64,000 bases of DNA from contig OZ244048.1 in assembly GCA_965215265.1 (NCBI GenBank), positions 192,001-256,000 of the forward strand, written 5' to 3'. The position numbers were made by a program, and so were the translations under genes. This stretch comes from Candidatus Poribacteria bacterium. Lineage in GTDB: Bacteria; Poribacteria; WGA-4E; WGA-3G. The notes under the pieces were generated by a model. The model was not told the origin of the DNA, did no database searches, and worked only from the letters and a program-made list of their open reading frames with translations. Numbering within the stretch: the stretch's first letter is position 1; each line of letters starts with the position of its first letter. Below are positions 1 to 10,438 of this stretch, in pieces.

Positions 1-1549
1 GGTTTCCGATGCTAGTGGAGAGGAGCCACGGCTGCGGTGTCTGTTTGTAAACGCCGTATGAAAATTGAATTTCGGACTGGTTTGACAGTTCTACGAGAAA
101 GCTGCCTCGCGGCTGGATGGCGAGCAGATCTGTCCGGTTAAAATAGTCAGCCCGCAGTCCAAACACGACTGATAGGAACGGTAGCAGTGAGATCCGGCTT
201 TGTAGGTAGCCTTCTACCCTTTGCCCCCGGATCGACTCATCTAATTTTTGGCGTTCCTCAAACCTAAAGTCGTAATCATCTTCTCCTTCATCGGGTAGGC
301 GGCTAAACGTGCCTGCAACTCGTCCGGGTTGCAAGGCAAGTACGAGTCCAGATTCGAGTTGATACTTGGGAGTTACGGTGTATGTTAGATCTTCGCGAAG
401 GACATAGTCTGGTGCTTCAACTTCAAGCGAGATTTCAGGTCCAATGGCTACGTCGAATTGGATGTCCGAGCGTGTTATGGATAAAAGAGAGGTGAGTTGT
501 TCTGAGAGTGCGGAACGAAGGTGGATGCCAGCCCCGTTAAAACCGGTCTGGAATCGTGAATCGCCTCGGAAATCTTCATCAACGTTTTGACCTGCTTGTC
601 TAAGCGCAAACCGGTCACCTGCTGCAAAAAGGTTGATGGAAAACTGATGTGTCTCGTTCAGATCATAACCGGCTCTGAATTGGTAATCCCAAAAACGTGG
701 GAAGGCAGTGATCTGGCTGGTATTGAAGGAGAGAGAATCCACAAATAAATCAATGTAACTCCGCCTTCCGGCGGCATACCAGTATCCTTTTTTACCAATA
801 CCCCCTTGCAACACAGTTTCTGAGTAAAGCAAATTTAAATTGAATTTTCCATGCAAATGCCCATTGCTACCTTCCTGTGAATGAATATCAATAACCGCCT
901 GAGAATTAACACCGAATTCAGCACCGTATCCGCCTGCGTAAACATCAATACGATTAATGATTTCGGAACTAAGAGAGGAGACGAAACCACCAAAATGATA
1001 GGGATAGCCAAACGGCACCCTATCAAAGTAGTACAGGTTGTCTTCATCAGAACCGCCACGAATATAGAGCGCTCCGCTAAAATCGCTTGATACGCCGATG
1101 CCAGGAAGGGACGGGAGGGCACGAAGCACGTCACCGCCGGTGCCAGGCAGCCGTGCCATTTCCGAGGCCCGGAGGCTCTTTTTATTCACAGTTTTGGGTG
1201 TACGTTTTTCCTTCACCTCTATTTCCTTGAGACGGTACGGTGCCATTTCAATGTAAATCTCAGGTTTAACGGTTTGACCATCCAAGACAACAATAGAAGT
1301 TCTCGCTGTTACTTCAGAATCTGGGAAAGAGACGAATAGCGTATAAGTACCTTCGGGAATGTTTGTTAAAACAAAATTGCCGTTTTCATCTGTTTTTTGA
1401 TTTACGGTAATCTTAATCAGATATACATTTGCCCCTGCTAATGGGGCACCGGTATCGCTGCGATAGACAGTCCCTTCAATTCCTCCTGTCTGTGAGAAGG
1501 CTACGATTGGCACCGCGAAAACCAACAGCACAGAGAACAAATTTTTCAT
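1..1549 (-). CDS. TonB-dependent receptor with N-terminal carboxypeptidase-regulatory-like domain (runs off the left edge)
   Basis: Not in the ORF track. Manual translation from ATG at 1549 gives a signal peptide MKNLFSVLLVFAVPIVAFSQ, then GxIEGTV...PLAGANV, and plug motifs 'GDVLRALPSLPGI', 'LYIRGG' and 'RIDVYAGGYGAEFG'. Confidence 0.85.
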   Translation of the reverse strand, partial: MKNLFSVLLVFAVPIVAFSQTGGIEGTVYRSDTGAPLAGANVYLIKITVNQKTDENGNFVLTNIPEGTYTLFVSFPDSEVTARTSIVVLDGQTVKPEIYIEMAPYRLKEIEVKEKRTPKTVNKKSLRASEMARLPGTGGDVLRALPSLPGIGVSSDFSGALYIRGGSDEDNLYYFDRVPFGYPYHFGGFVSSLSSEIINRIDVYAGGYGAEFGVNSQAVIDIHSQEGSNGHLHGKFNLNLLYSETVLQGGIGKKGYWYAAGRRSYIDLFVDSLSFNTSQITAFPRFWDYQFRAGYDLNETHQFSINLFAAGDRFALRQAGQNVDEDFRGDSRFQTGFNGAGIHLRSALSEQLTSLLSITRSDIQFDVAIGPEISLEVEAPDYVLREDLTYTVTPKYQLESGLVLALQPGRVAGTFSRLPDEGEDDYDFRFEERQKLDESIRGQRVEGYLQSRISLLPFLSVVFGLRADYFNRTDLLAIQPRGSFLVELSNQSEIQFSYGVYKQTPQPWLLSTSIGN

Positions 1550-1810
1550 AGAGGTTAGTAAATCCTACTTCTAAAGATTTGGAAAATTAACACGCCAGAT
1601 ACACCTTAAATTATATCATCTCTTTTACCTGAATTACCAATGTTTTAGCTGCACCCCTATAACGTCTCACTTATGGCTTACATTGTAGTTTCAACACGGT
1701 GAGTTCTTCTGTTATTTTATCACACCGTGTTGACTAAATCAAATGAGCGTTGCGTTCACTTCTAAGTTTGTGTTATCATTTATTAAAACATGACTCGATG
1801 AGGATGAAGA

Positions 1811-2725
1811 GTGGAAATCGTTGAATATACACCAGACATGCTGGGTCCGTTGACGCAATGCTATAATCGCTTGATTGCTGATGTTCCGCACTGCTATCCC
1901 GTAAACGAAGATGAATTGGGAGAGGAATTGTCCAATATGCCCGAAATAGGGCATCCTCAAATCCGTTACCATTCGCAAATCACCTTTATTGCTTCTTCAG
2001 AAGTCGGTGGACGACAAGATGATGAGGTGCTCGGGTTTGTACAAATTGGCATTAACGAATTGCGTCAGCACAAGCGTAACAACGGTGTGATTAGATTTTT
2101 GGGTTATCTTCCTGGCGAACGACGCGCAGGACAAGCGTTACTTGAAAAGGCAGAATCCTACTTGCAAATGTACAACGCGACGCAAATTGTGGCTTTTATG
2201 CAAGAGCACCGTTATCACTTCTACCACTTTGCACACGCATATCTATCGGATGCACTCGGACAGAACCAGGCACTCTTGGGATTCAATGGGTATAAACGTA
2301 GTGAGGGTGAGGTATTTTTGGCGTGGAAAAATTACGAGGTTACGCTGCCGCCACTACCACTACCTGTTGAAATTGCTGTTGAATGGAAATCGGGTAGAGG
2401 TAAACGCCCTAACTGTAAGGTACAAGCACGCCGCGATGGAGAAGAAATTGGTGTCTGCGAGTCTCTCTCCTGCGGGGAATTTTCAAGCCATCCGGATACA
2501 CAAGACTGGTTTCATACCGTATGGCTCGGTATTGAAGATGAATTCCAAGGTCAAGGCTTAGGCCGTTACCTGCTTCAATACACACTACATGAAATGCACA
2601 ACGTCGGGTACCGCCACGCTGCAATCAGTACAGATTGGGAAAACCATCGTGCTTTTCTATTTTACAGTAACTTCGGTTACCGGGTTTCAGATTGGACTTA
2701 TGGATTTTCAAAAACTATGTCATAA
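1811..2725 (+). CDS. GNAT family N-acetyltransferase (tandem GNAT domains)
   Basis: Acetyl-CoA motif 'FQGQGLGRYLL' and 'NHRAFLFYSNFGY'; a degenerate N-terminal copy 'RRAGQALLEKAE'. Confidence 0.85.
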   Translation: MEIVEYTPDMLGPLTQCYNRLIADVPHCYPVNEDELGEELSNMPEIGHPQIRYHSQITFIASSEVGGRQDDEVLGFVQIGINELRQHKRNNGVIRFLGYLPGERRAGQALLEKAESYLQMYNATQIVAFMQEHRYHFYHFAHAYLSDALGQNQALLGFNGYKRSEGEVFLAWKNYEVTLPPLPLPVEIAVEWKSGRGKRPNCKVQARRDGEEIGVCESLSCGEFSSHPDTQDWFHTVWLGIEDEFQGQGLGRYLLQYTLHEMHNVGYRHAAISTDWENHRAFLFYSNFGYRVSDWTYGFSKTMS

Positions 2726-2841
2726 CGGTTCTGAAAATTCATGTTGTTAGAAGTGCAGGACAGATTCACGAATATCTTGCTTGCTGTTATATGATTTGGC
2801 GTACAGCCAGTGAATGCTCGGAATGACCCAATTGCCTTCAT

Positions 2842-3396
2842 TCAGTCAGGCATTTTTGTAACATCAACGAACCATTTTGCTTCCGCCATCCGCTCGATGG
2901 CTTCGGAATTGCCTGGATGATACTTCGCGAATTTCACCTTATCACAATTAGCGAGGAAATGCTGTACCTTTTCAAGGTAAAGCCCCCCGATTTGTTGCTG
3001 TTCCAATTGCACAAGCAGGTGTGTCGTCGGCAATTCAAGCGCAGGAATGTGATAGCGTGCTTCAATATATTCGCGAATTACGTGGGAAATTTGGGTATGA
3101 TAAGCGTTCATATTGTCTTTCGCCAACCATTCTGTTGCTTCAATTGCTTTTAGTTGTTCATAGGCGATTTCGTGCGGTGTGTGGGTTTTCACCTCCGCAA
3201 CCCGAACCGGTGATGCGGGTTGTCGGCGTTTCCGGATGTAAAGCCATCTTGATATTATAATAATAGCAATGAATAGAAATCCGCCCACTAAAAGGAGAGG
3301 GAGTAAACTTTGTGGTACCTCTAAGGGAGGCTTGATATCGCGCAACCTCTGCAGATCCCCGGATCCCTGCGAAAGGATTTGATAGAGAAAAGGCAT
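2842..3396 (-). CDS. Single-TM membrane protein (DUF4381/Bat-operon-associated-like)
   Basis: 'LRDIKPPLEVP' + TM helix + 'PHEIAYEQL...ALELPTT...CDKVKFAKY'; ATG at 3396 follows the stop of the upstream ferredoxin gene. Confidence 0.6.
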   Translation of the reverse strand: MPFLYQILSQGSGDLQRLRDIKPPLEVPQSLLPLLLVGGFLFIAIIIISRWLYIRKRRQPASPVRVAEVKTHTPHEIAYEQLKAIEATEWLAKDNMNAYHTQISHVIREYIEARYHIPALELPTTHLLVQLEQQQIGGLYLEKVQHFLANCDKVKFAKYHPGNSEAIERMAEAKWFVDVTKMPD

Positions 3397-3400
3397 GGTG

Positions 3401-4039
3401 TTAGGGTAGGACGTGTGAGCCGATATGTTGAAGTGACTGGGGTTCAACAATGATAGATTTTGGATCCGTTGGGCAGACGTACTGACAGACCCCGCAACCT
3501 GTGCATCCAGGTATTATCACCTCAACAAGTCCGGTAGTTGAAAAATGGATTGCCTCCGCCCCAATAGGGCAGTTGTCGACACAGTATGTGCACGAGATAT
3601 CTTTTGTACGGAGACAAGTTTCTGCTGTGAAAACAGCGATACCCATTGCAATATCTTCAGCAAAGACACTTTGCAGTGCACCACTAGGGCAGACGTACAT
3701 ACACGCCAATGCGTCACAAATCACACATGGTTGTACATCTGGATTAATATAAGGCGTTTGTGCGAGTGTCTCATCGTTGCTTTCCATTGGCATTATTGCA
3801 TCGGCTGGACAGTTTTTGACACAGTTCCCGCACCGGAGACATTTTTCCAAGAATTCTGCTTCATGGAGTGCCCCCGGTGGCCGTAGAAAAAATGACGGAC
3901 GGTTCTGCAGACTTTCTTTCTCTAGAGTTGCACCAATAAGCCGTTCTCCTACCTGTTCATCCAAGAGTTCTGCGACGGGTTGGAGGACTTGGTGCAACGC
4001 TTCTTTAAAAAAGCCGCGTCTCCCTTTTTTATTAGACAT
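3401..4039 (-). CDS. NapF/NapG/MauM-type multi-[4Fe-4S] ferredoxin
   Basis: 'GRRGFFK' N-terminus, 'LRPPGA...FLEKCLRCGNCVKNCP' and four Cys clusters including CTGCGVCQYVCP. Confidence 0.85.
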   Translation of the reverse strand: MSNKKGRRGFFKEALHQVLQPVAELLDEQVGERLIGATLEKESLQNRPSFFLRPPGALHEAEFLEKCLRCGNCVKNCPADAIMPMESNDETLAQTPYINPDVQPCVICDALACMYVCPSGALQSVFAEDIAMGIAVFTAETCLRTKDISCTYCVDNCPIGAEAIHFSTTGLVEVIIPGCTGCGVCQYVCPTDPKSIIVEPQSLQHIGSHVLP

Positions 4040-4040
4040 T

Positions 4041-4727
4041 TTAGACCTTTCGGAGACTTTTCAACGTTCTTTCTGACTTATCTTGTTCATCTTGATTTGA
4101 ACAAGAAGCTTTAGGAATCCGATAACAACATTTGTGACTTCCCGCCATGAGATGCTCTTCGCGGGACACCTTCACTCCTAAAGCCTGCCGAAAGAGTGCC
4201 AATTCAATTTCACAGACGTGCGGATATTCTTCAGCGATTGCAGCAATGGGACAGTTGTGTTCAGTGAGGATGTAATCTGTTCCGCTCTCATCCGCCCGTG
4301 CCATGTATCCTTCTTCGTCACGGATGATGGCGAGTTCTTTAACCCGTTCCGGTAGCGGTTTACTCTGAAGGCGTTGACGGTATATCTCTATTTGGGATTG
4401 CATACGGCTCCGGAACACCTTATTAATAAACCCCGGCCCGTTGAATTTCGCTACTTCGTGCATCAATTCAACTGCAAAATTAGCGTACGTTGTCGGAAAG
4501 AGGCTGTTTGCTTCATCGGTGAGTTTATAAAGATGGTGTGGACGTCCACGTTCCTGCTTCTCTCGATCGTATTCAACCAAGCCTTCATCTTCAAGAATTG
4601 CGAGGTGCTGCCGTATTCCCATGGCACTGATATGCAGCGCGGCTGTAAGTTGATTGACGGTCATGCGAGCACGCATTTTAAGCAGTTGCAGGATTCGCAT
4701 ACGTGTGTCACTCATTTCACAATTCAT
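4041..4727 (-). CDS. SufR-like winged-HTH transcriptional regulator
   Basis: HTH 'ISAMGIRQHLAILEDEGLV...GRP' and C-terminal 'EHNCPI...CEIE...CCY' Fe-S ligand pattern. Confidence 0.8.
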   Translation of the reverse strand: MNCEMSDTRMRILQLLKMRARMTVNQLTAALHISAMGIRQHLAILEDEGLVEYDREKQERGRPHHLYKLTDEANSLFPTTYANFAVELMHEVAKFNGPGFINKVFRSRMQSQIEIYRQRLQSKPLPERVKELAIIRDEEGYMARADESGTDYILTEHNCPIAAIAEEYPHVCEIELALFRQALGVKVSREEHLMAGSHKCCYRIPKASCSNQDEQDKSERTLKSLRKV

Positions 4728-4890
4728 TCAGTTTTTCCTCTTTACGTAATTGTCTTATTGAAATTATAACACAATTGTGTCCCTTAATTCAATTATTAAA
4801 AAACTTGCATTATTTTTTTTCAACATGTTACGCTAAAAAAAACGGTGAACAAGCACAATTGCGAAGCAATTCACTAGAAAGCAATATTGA

Positions 4891-5658
4891 ATGAAATCAA
4901 TTATCCTTATATTCTGCAGTATCTTACTCCTAATTGGCTGTGGCTCCGATGAAACTGGCGTACCAACTGAGTCCATAGAGCCGCTACTCCCGAACTATTT
5001 TCCTGACGCAGTTGGGAGCCGGTGGGTATATAGGGGACCCGATGACACTTTGTGGGCCCGGGAAGTCAAGCGCGAACAGATCTTTGACGGAAATCTCTAT
5101 CCGGTTTTCGACTACACACCATTTATTGAAGAAATGGGATTTTCCTACTTGAAACCTACGTCCTATCGCGTTACGCAGGACCAGGTCTTTTTCAGTGTTC
5201 GTGAAAAGATTTACGCTTACGTTGAAACTGAGCTCCCCAAAATACTACAAGATGAATTTGAAGGTTTGGAGCTTAACGTTACCGTAGAGGACATCTCGGA
5301 ACATGAACTCGCTTTTTGTTATATTCCGCTGATGCCTAATTTCCAATGGGATGCACTTCGTATGAAGGTGAGTGGTACGCTCGTGTTACAAAATCTCGTG
5401 TTGCTGCAAATCCCATTTAAAGTGAATTTCCGAGTTGCAGCACAGGTCGTTGGCGAAAACCGTCTTCAAACGCCGGCTGGAATTTTTGAAAAAACATATC
5501 AGATTGTGTATCAAACCGAAATTATAACAACTGTTTTTGAACAAACAGAAATAACAGAGAGCGTTCAGAAGGTATGGATTGCTCCACATATCGGCATTGT
5601 CAAGGTCGAAGACGAATCGGGTGCAACAGAACTGATTGAATACGTCCTCTTACCTTAG
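4891..5658 (+). CDS. Hypothetical lipoprotein
   Basis: Lipobox 'LLLIGC'; 'NYFPDAVGSRWVY', 'TPAGIF' and 'WIAPHIGIVK' beta-rich motifs. Confidence 0.7.
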   Translation: MKSIILIFCSILLLIGCGSDETGVPTESIEPLLPNYFPDAVGSRWVYRGPDDTLWAREVKREQIFDGNLYPVFDYTPFIEEMGFSYLKPTSYRVTQDQVFFSVREKIYAYVETELPKILQDEFEGLELNVTVEDISEHELAFCYIPLMPNFQWDALRMKVSGTLVLQNLVLLQIPFKVNFRVAAQVVGENRLQTPAGIFEKTYQIVYQTEIITTVFEQTEITESVQKVWIAPHIGIVKVEDESGATELIEYVLLP

Positions 5659-5703
5659 TGTGAACGTTGCACGGTGCGATGCGCCGGTTTTTCTTATAAT
5701 GAA

Positions 5704-6768
5704 ATGAATGTTATCATCTTAAGCGACGGTAAACCCGGCCACTATAATCAATCCTTAGGCATCATTCAGCGTTTACCAGAATGTGATGCACATTGGGTAG
5801 ATGTCTGTTTCCGAAGCAAATGGCACGATAATCTTCTTCGGTGTATCATGTGTCTACTCGGTGGTGTGCCGTTACCGAAGTTTTTCATCCACGGGCTTCT
5901 CAGTTGGTGTCTCTGCGAAGAAACGGACACAGCGCTCTCTAACATTGACACCGCAGACCTGATTCTGTCAACCGGTTCATCTGTTGCTGCTGTTAACCTA
6001 TTGCTTGCTAAAGCATTGCGCGCAAAAACGGTTACTTGTCGCAGACCTTCGCCATTAGGGATTCTCTATTTTGATTTAGCTATTCTCCCAAGGTTAAAGC
6101 GGCTTAGAACGAAACGGAAAAATGTCTGCGCAACCGTGGGAGTGCCGAATCCCATTTCGCCGGCAATCCTTGATTCGATGAAAATGGAGTTGCAAACAGA
6201 GATGGCATTGCCCAATTGCCCGCGCATTGGTATCCTTATCGGCGGTACCGACCGGCATGAAACTATAACGGAACAACACGTAGAACGTCTACTTGATATC
6301 TTAGCGATGACTGCAGAGGAATTGGGTGTCCATGTTCTCTTAACAACTTCCCGCAGGACACCTGAGGCAGTCACTGCTCGTCTTGCAAATGTTTTGGCGC
6401 CGGCAGCTTGGTGTCCCTTGTTTGTTGAACCGGGGGTGGGTTCTACATTCACGAATCTGTATCAAGCCCTTCTTGCATTGAGTGACGTGATTATCGTCAC
6501 AGCAGATAGTTTCTCGATGGTTTGTGAGGCAGCGAGCAGTGGCCACCCAGTCATCGTCCTGAAACTCTCATGTACCAAGCGACCGAAACGGTATCAGGTC
6601 TATGACTATATGGAGCAACATTCTATTCTGCAACAGTGTGGCCTTCATGACTTAGCAGAACAACTCTCTAAACTGTTGACGGAGCAGATGCGTACTTGCC
6701 CCCTTGATGATACACAGACAGCGGCAAACGCGATTTGTAGTCTTTTCATGGATACGAGCCGGTGGTGA
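5704..6768 (+). CDS. ELM1/GtrOC1-family putative glycosyltransferase
   Basis: 'LSDGKPGHYNQSLG', 'TTSRRTP' and 'VTADSFSMVCEAASSG' family motifs. Confidence 0.85.
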   Translation: MNVIILSDGKPGHYNQSLGIIQRLPECDAHWVDVCFRSKWHDNLLRCIMCLLGGVPLPKFFIHGLLSWCLCEETDTALSNIDTADLILSTGSSVAAVNLLLAKALRAKTVTCRRPSPLGILYFDLAILPRLKRLRTKRKNVCATVGVPNPISPAILDSMKMELQTEMALPNCPRIGILIGGTDRHETITEQHVERLLDILAMTAEELGVHVLLTTSRRTPEAVTARLANVLAPAAWCPLFVEPGVGSTFTNLYQALLALSDVIIVTADSFSMVCEAASSGHPVIVLKLSCTKRPKRYQVYDYMEQHSILQQCGLHDLAEQLSKLLTEQMRTCPLDDTQTAANAICSLFMDTSRW

Positions 6769-7071
6769 TTGCAAATACAAAAGAATTCCATTTTTACCTG
6801 CAACAGCTCCGCGTTACTACCGTGAGAAGATTGAAGGAAAGGTAGCAGGCGTTTTTTTATCTGACGCACGTGATCCTCTCAATATGATAACTTTCTTCAT
6901 CCTGCTGCTGCTGACGGTTGGCACCATCTATGGAAAGGTTCACTACGCGATTGATGCACTTGCTAGGCGGTTTTGGCAATTTTAGTATTTTTTTGGATGA
7001 GACTATACATTTAGAATTTCTATCCATACAAGCTTATTGGGCATTAAGAGAGTTTGATCTGAAAATAAAAA

Positions 7072-7100
7072 TTGACTTTCACACAAAAATTAGGTAGAAT
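7072..7100 (+). promoter_or_regulatory. sigma70-type promoter upstream of the DegT aminotransferase operon
   Basis: TTGACT-17 bp-TAGAAT in an AT-rich intergenic region. Confidence 0.6.
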
Positions 7101-7194
7101 AGAATATCTAAGAACGTGCCTTAGAAAATTATCGCACGGTTGAATTTACATAAGTCTGGTCGCTTATACAAGTTAGTTGTCTGAGGGAAATTTC

Positions 7195-8430
7195 ATGTCT
7201 AACCGATTAGCCGTTTCGGGTGGTACCCCTGTCCGAAATATGCAGACTCATCCATGGCCTTCATGGCCGTTGAATACCGAAGAAGAGTGGGAATCTAAGA
7301 TTGAACCGCTGCTCCGTGAAGTCTATCTGAGTGGCAACGAGGGCTCTGGGGGAAAAATGATTTCCGCGTTCAGTGTGCAATACGCTCGGTATTCTGGAAC
7401 AAACCATGCTACCTTCATGCCACATGGTACAGATTCGATCAGCGCAGCGTTAGCAGGTGCACTGGATCTTGATGGATTTAGCGATGGTGGTGAAATCATT
7501 GTACCAAACTACACGTTTGTGGCAACAGCCAGTGCTGTCTTGGAACGTCGTTGTACTGTTGCGTTTGTTGATATTGATGAAGATACGTTTACAATTTCGC
7601 CCGAATGTGTAGAGGAGGCAATTCAGCCGGGGCAAACTCGCGCGATTTTGCCCGTTCATCTCGGTGGCCATCCGGCGGATATGGGAGCGTTACAGGACAT
7701 AGCTGAACGATATGACCTTGCAATTATTGAAGATTGTGCACAAGCACACGGGGCAGAATATCAGAGAAAAAAAGTCGGCTCACTAGGAGATGTCGGTGCG
7801 TTTAGTTTCCAATCCTCTAAAAATCTGACGAGTGGTGAAGGTGGCATGGTTACGACTAACGATCAAGATATCCACGATCGGGTTCATGCATTCATGAATG
7901 TCGGGCGGGCACCCGGTGGTGCCAGGTGGGAATACCCGCGTCTCGGCTGGAATTACCGTCCGTCTGAATACCTCGCTGCCATATTACACGTGCGGTTAGA
8001 ATTGCTTGAAACCCAGACAGTTCTCCGCAACCGAAATGCTTCCTATTTATCAAATGCACTGGAGACAACAGATGGGCTCACCTCTCCGAAACTCGCGCCA
8101 TGGGTTACGAAACACGGGTATCACCTCTATTGCCTTAAGTATAATTCTGACGGATTTGGCGGCAGACCGCGTGGCGAATTTATCAGCGCGCTTGCAGCAG
8201 AAGGGATCCCTTGTTCAATTGGGTATCGTTCGCCCCTCTCGCAAGAACCAGGGATGGCACGTGTCGCTGAAAAATATCCACATCTCATCCGGACTTTGTC
8301 GTCACGGCATGCAGAACAGGTGTGCCAGCAAAGCGTATGGCTATTTCAAAACCTCTTCCTCGGTTCAGAGCAAGATATGGATGACATCGTTACTGCCATC
8401 TCCAAAATTCAACATGCATGGAATTCCTAA
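7195..8430 (+). CDS. DegT/DnrJ/EryC1/StrS PLP-dependent aminotransferase
   Basis: 'IIEDCAQAHGA' and 'FSFQSSKNLTSGEGG' (PLP lysine). Confidence 0.92.
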   Translation: MSNRLAVSGGTPVRNMQTHPWPSWPLNTEEEWESKIEPLLREVYLSGNEGSGGKMISAFSVQYARYSGTNHATFMPHGTDSISAALAGALDLDGFSDGGEIIVPNYTFVATASAVLERRCTVAFVDIDEDTFTISPECVEEAIQPGQTRAILPVHLGGHPADMGALQDIAERYDLAIIEDCAQAHGAEYQRKKVGSLGDVGAFSFQSSKNLTSGEGGMVTTNDQDIHDRVHAFMNVGRAPGGARWEYPRLGWNYRPSEYLAAILHVRLELLETQTVLRNRNASYLSNALETTDGLTSPKLAPWVTKHGYHLYCLKYNSDGFGGRPRGEFISALAAEGIPCSIGYRSPLSQEPGMARVAEKYPHLIRTLSSRHAEQVCQQSVWLFQNLFLGSEQDMDDIVTAISKIQHAWNS

Positions 8431-8785
8431 ACCACTCCTTGTTTACGACGGTGCGTGCGATTTTTGCCGATATTGGGTTGCCCGGTGGCGGCACGTCACC
8501 AATGACAGGATTCACTACGCCGCTTACCAAGAAGTTGCAGAGTTGTTTCCGCAGATACCGATATCTCTCTTTGAGACTTCTGTTCTGTTGATTTTGTCGG
8601 ACGGGACCATTTTTAGGGGTGCAGCAGCCGTTTTCCATGCGCTTGGAAATCGTTGGTTATGCTGGAGTTACCGAAATCTCCCCGGTTTCGCCCCCTTAGC
8701 TGAGCTTGTCTACCGTTTTATTGCACGGCACCGTCCTCTCTTTTCTGCTTTGACACGCCGTTTTTGGAAAACCAATAATCCTTGA
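8414..8785 (+). CDS. DCC-family (DUF393) thiol-disulfide oxidoreductase
   Basis: 'LLVYDGACDFC' DxxCxxC motif; in-frame ATG at 8414 within ORF 8006-8785. Confidence 0.85.
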   Translation: MHGIPKPLLVYDGACDFCRYWVARWRHVTNDRIHYAAYQEVAELFPQIPISLFETSVLLILSDGTIFRGAAAVFHALGNRWLCWSYRNLPGFAPLAELVYRFIARHRPLFSALTRRFWKTNNP

Positions 8786-8796
8786 AGGAACCTTAT

Positions 8797-9561
8797 ATGC
8801 CGAGCCAATTTTTAACTGTCGCGCTCGAAGCCGCAAAGAATGCACAAGAGATCGTTACCACTTACTATCACAAACGGACGATAAACGTTGAACTAAAAGA
8901 GGACCAAACGCCTGTCACCAGAGCCGATACCGAAGCTGAAAGAATCATTCGCGAAACTATCAAACAGGCATTTCCTAATCACGGTTTCTTAGGGGAAGAA
9001 TATGGCAAAGAAGTCGGTACCTCACCCCACATGTGGATTATAGACCCGATTGATGGGACTAAGAATTACATCCGGAAAATTCCGCTCTTCGGAACGCAAA
9101 TTGCCCTCATGAAAGACGATCGGCTCATCCTCGGTGTTTCCAATGCTCCGCTCTTGGATGAACTGTTCTATGCCGAAGTCGGCGGTGGCGCTTTCTTGAA
9201 CGGTGAACCGGTAACCGTTTCTGACGTAGCAGACCTATCCGATGCCATGATTTGCCACGGCGGCCTAAAATGGTTTACACCGAAAGGCATTTTGCCTAAC
9301 ATGTGCAACCTGATTAACGATAGCAGCCGTTCCCGAGGGTTTGGTGACTTTTATATGTATCACCTCCTTGCTTCCGCGAGAGCTGATGTCGTAGTTGAAT
9401 CCACTATTAGCATTTGGGATATCGCTGCTTTGAGCATTATTGTGCAAGAAGCAGGTGGTCAGGTAAGTGATATACAGGGTGGTCCTATAACAAAATCAAC
9501 TGTGTCTATGATTGCAACCAATGGACATCTCCATCAGGCAGTGCAAAACTATTTTCCTTAA
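8797..9561 (+). CDS. Inositol-monophosphatase family protein, probably HisN-type histidinol-phosphatase
   Basis: 'GEEYG', 'DPIDGTKNY', 'RSRGFGDFY' and 'WDIAAL' motifs. Confidence 0.8.
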   Translation: MPSQFLTVALEAAKNAQEIVTTYYHKRTINVELKEDQTPVTRADTEAERIIRETIKQAFPNHGFLGEEYGKEVGTSPHMWIIDPIDGTKNYIRKIPLFGTQIALMKDDRLILGVSNAPLLDELFYAEVGGGAFLNGEPVTVSDVADLSDAMICHGGLKWFTPKGILPNMCNLINDSSRSRGFGDFYMYHLLASARADVVVESTISIWDIAALSIIVQEAGGQVSDIQGGPITKSTVSMIATNGHLHQAVQNYFP

Positions 9562-9672
9562 AATTCTGGCAACACTGAAATTAACATCTTGTTTGTTGTG
9601 TTAATGTCCAAACTTATGCTATACTAATTAATACAGTCTTAAGGCAAAGAGAGAGGAGGTGAGTAAGACAAA

Positions 9673-10353
9673 ATGAACCTTAATTTTCAAGAGGTTGTTG
9701 ACCTGTCTTATGTCGTAGACGAAAATAGTCCACGCGAATTGCCCATTGACCCGGTTAAAATTTACGACCAGGCGACGTTAGAGAAAGATGGTTATTTCGA
9801 GAGCCGTGTGGACATGTCTGGACACTGCTCGACTCATATTGACGCACCATGCTTGATGTACCCTAATGGATATACTGTCGCTGAAATTCCAAAAGAAAAA
9901 CTAACAGGAAACGCTGTGTTGATGGACTTTTCTGCAATTAAGAAACCTAACGATGCAGTTACTGCCGAAGATGTAAAAGCGTGGATAGATCAAAACGGCG
10001 AGATTCCGGAGGGCAGCATTGTCTTTATGAGAACAGGAATGGATCGCTTCGTCTATCAAGACAAGTTCAACCGGCAATGGATTGGTTTCAGCGAGGATGC
10101 CGCCGAGCTGCTTGTCGAAAAGGGTATAAAGGTTATCGGTACAGATGCATGTAGCATTGACTCAGTGGCTGGACATCCGCCGCTGCACGATGGCTTACCT
10201 CCTGCGCATCTTGTCTTTCTGGGTGCCGGCATCCCGCACGTTGAAGATTTGTGTAATCTGAGCCGACTGCCAACGCATTTCTACGTGGTGATTGCTCCCT
10301 TAAAATTGGTGCGAAGTTCCGGCGCACCGACGCGCGTCTTGGCGTTCGTATAG
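9673..10353 (+). CDS. Cyclase family (kynurenine-formamidase-like) metal hydrolase
   Basis: 'HCSTHIDAP', 'IGTDACSID' and 'SGAPTRVLA'. Confidence 0.88.
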   Translation: MNLNFQEVVDLSYVVDENSPRELPIDPVKIYDQATLEKDGYFESRVDMSGHCSTHIDAPCLMYPNGYTVAEIPKEKLTGNAVLMDFSAIKKPNDAVTAEDVKAWIDQNGEIPEGSIVFMRTGMDRFVYQDKFNRQWIGFSEDAAELLVEKGIKVIGTDACSIDSVAGHPPLHDGLPPAHLVFLGAGIPHVEDLCNLSRLPTHFYVVIAPLKLVRSSGAPTRVLAFV

Positions 10354-10438
10354 GGAAAGTATACATCGCGATGAGGAGTCCGTTCCCCTATTCTTGTTTA
10401 GGGTACAAGGGGTAGCTTCCTTTCACCGAGTATGAGTG

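Noticed and set aside
6704-6985. 93-aa ORF after the ELM1-like gene
   Set aside because: It overlaps the upstream gene and has no RBS or recognisable motif; possibly a decayed remnant but not supportable.
8006-8413. Long N-terminal extension of the DCC ORF overlapping the aminotransferase
   Set aside because: It is an alternative-frame shadow of the DegT gene; DCC similarity begins at ATG 8414.
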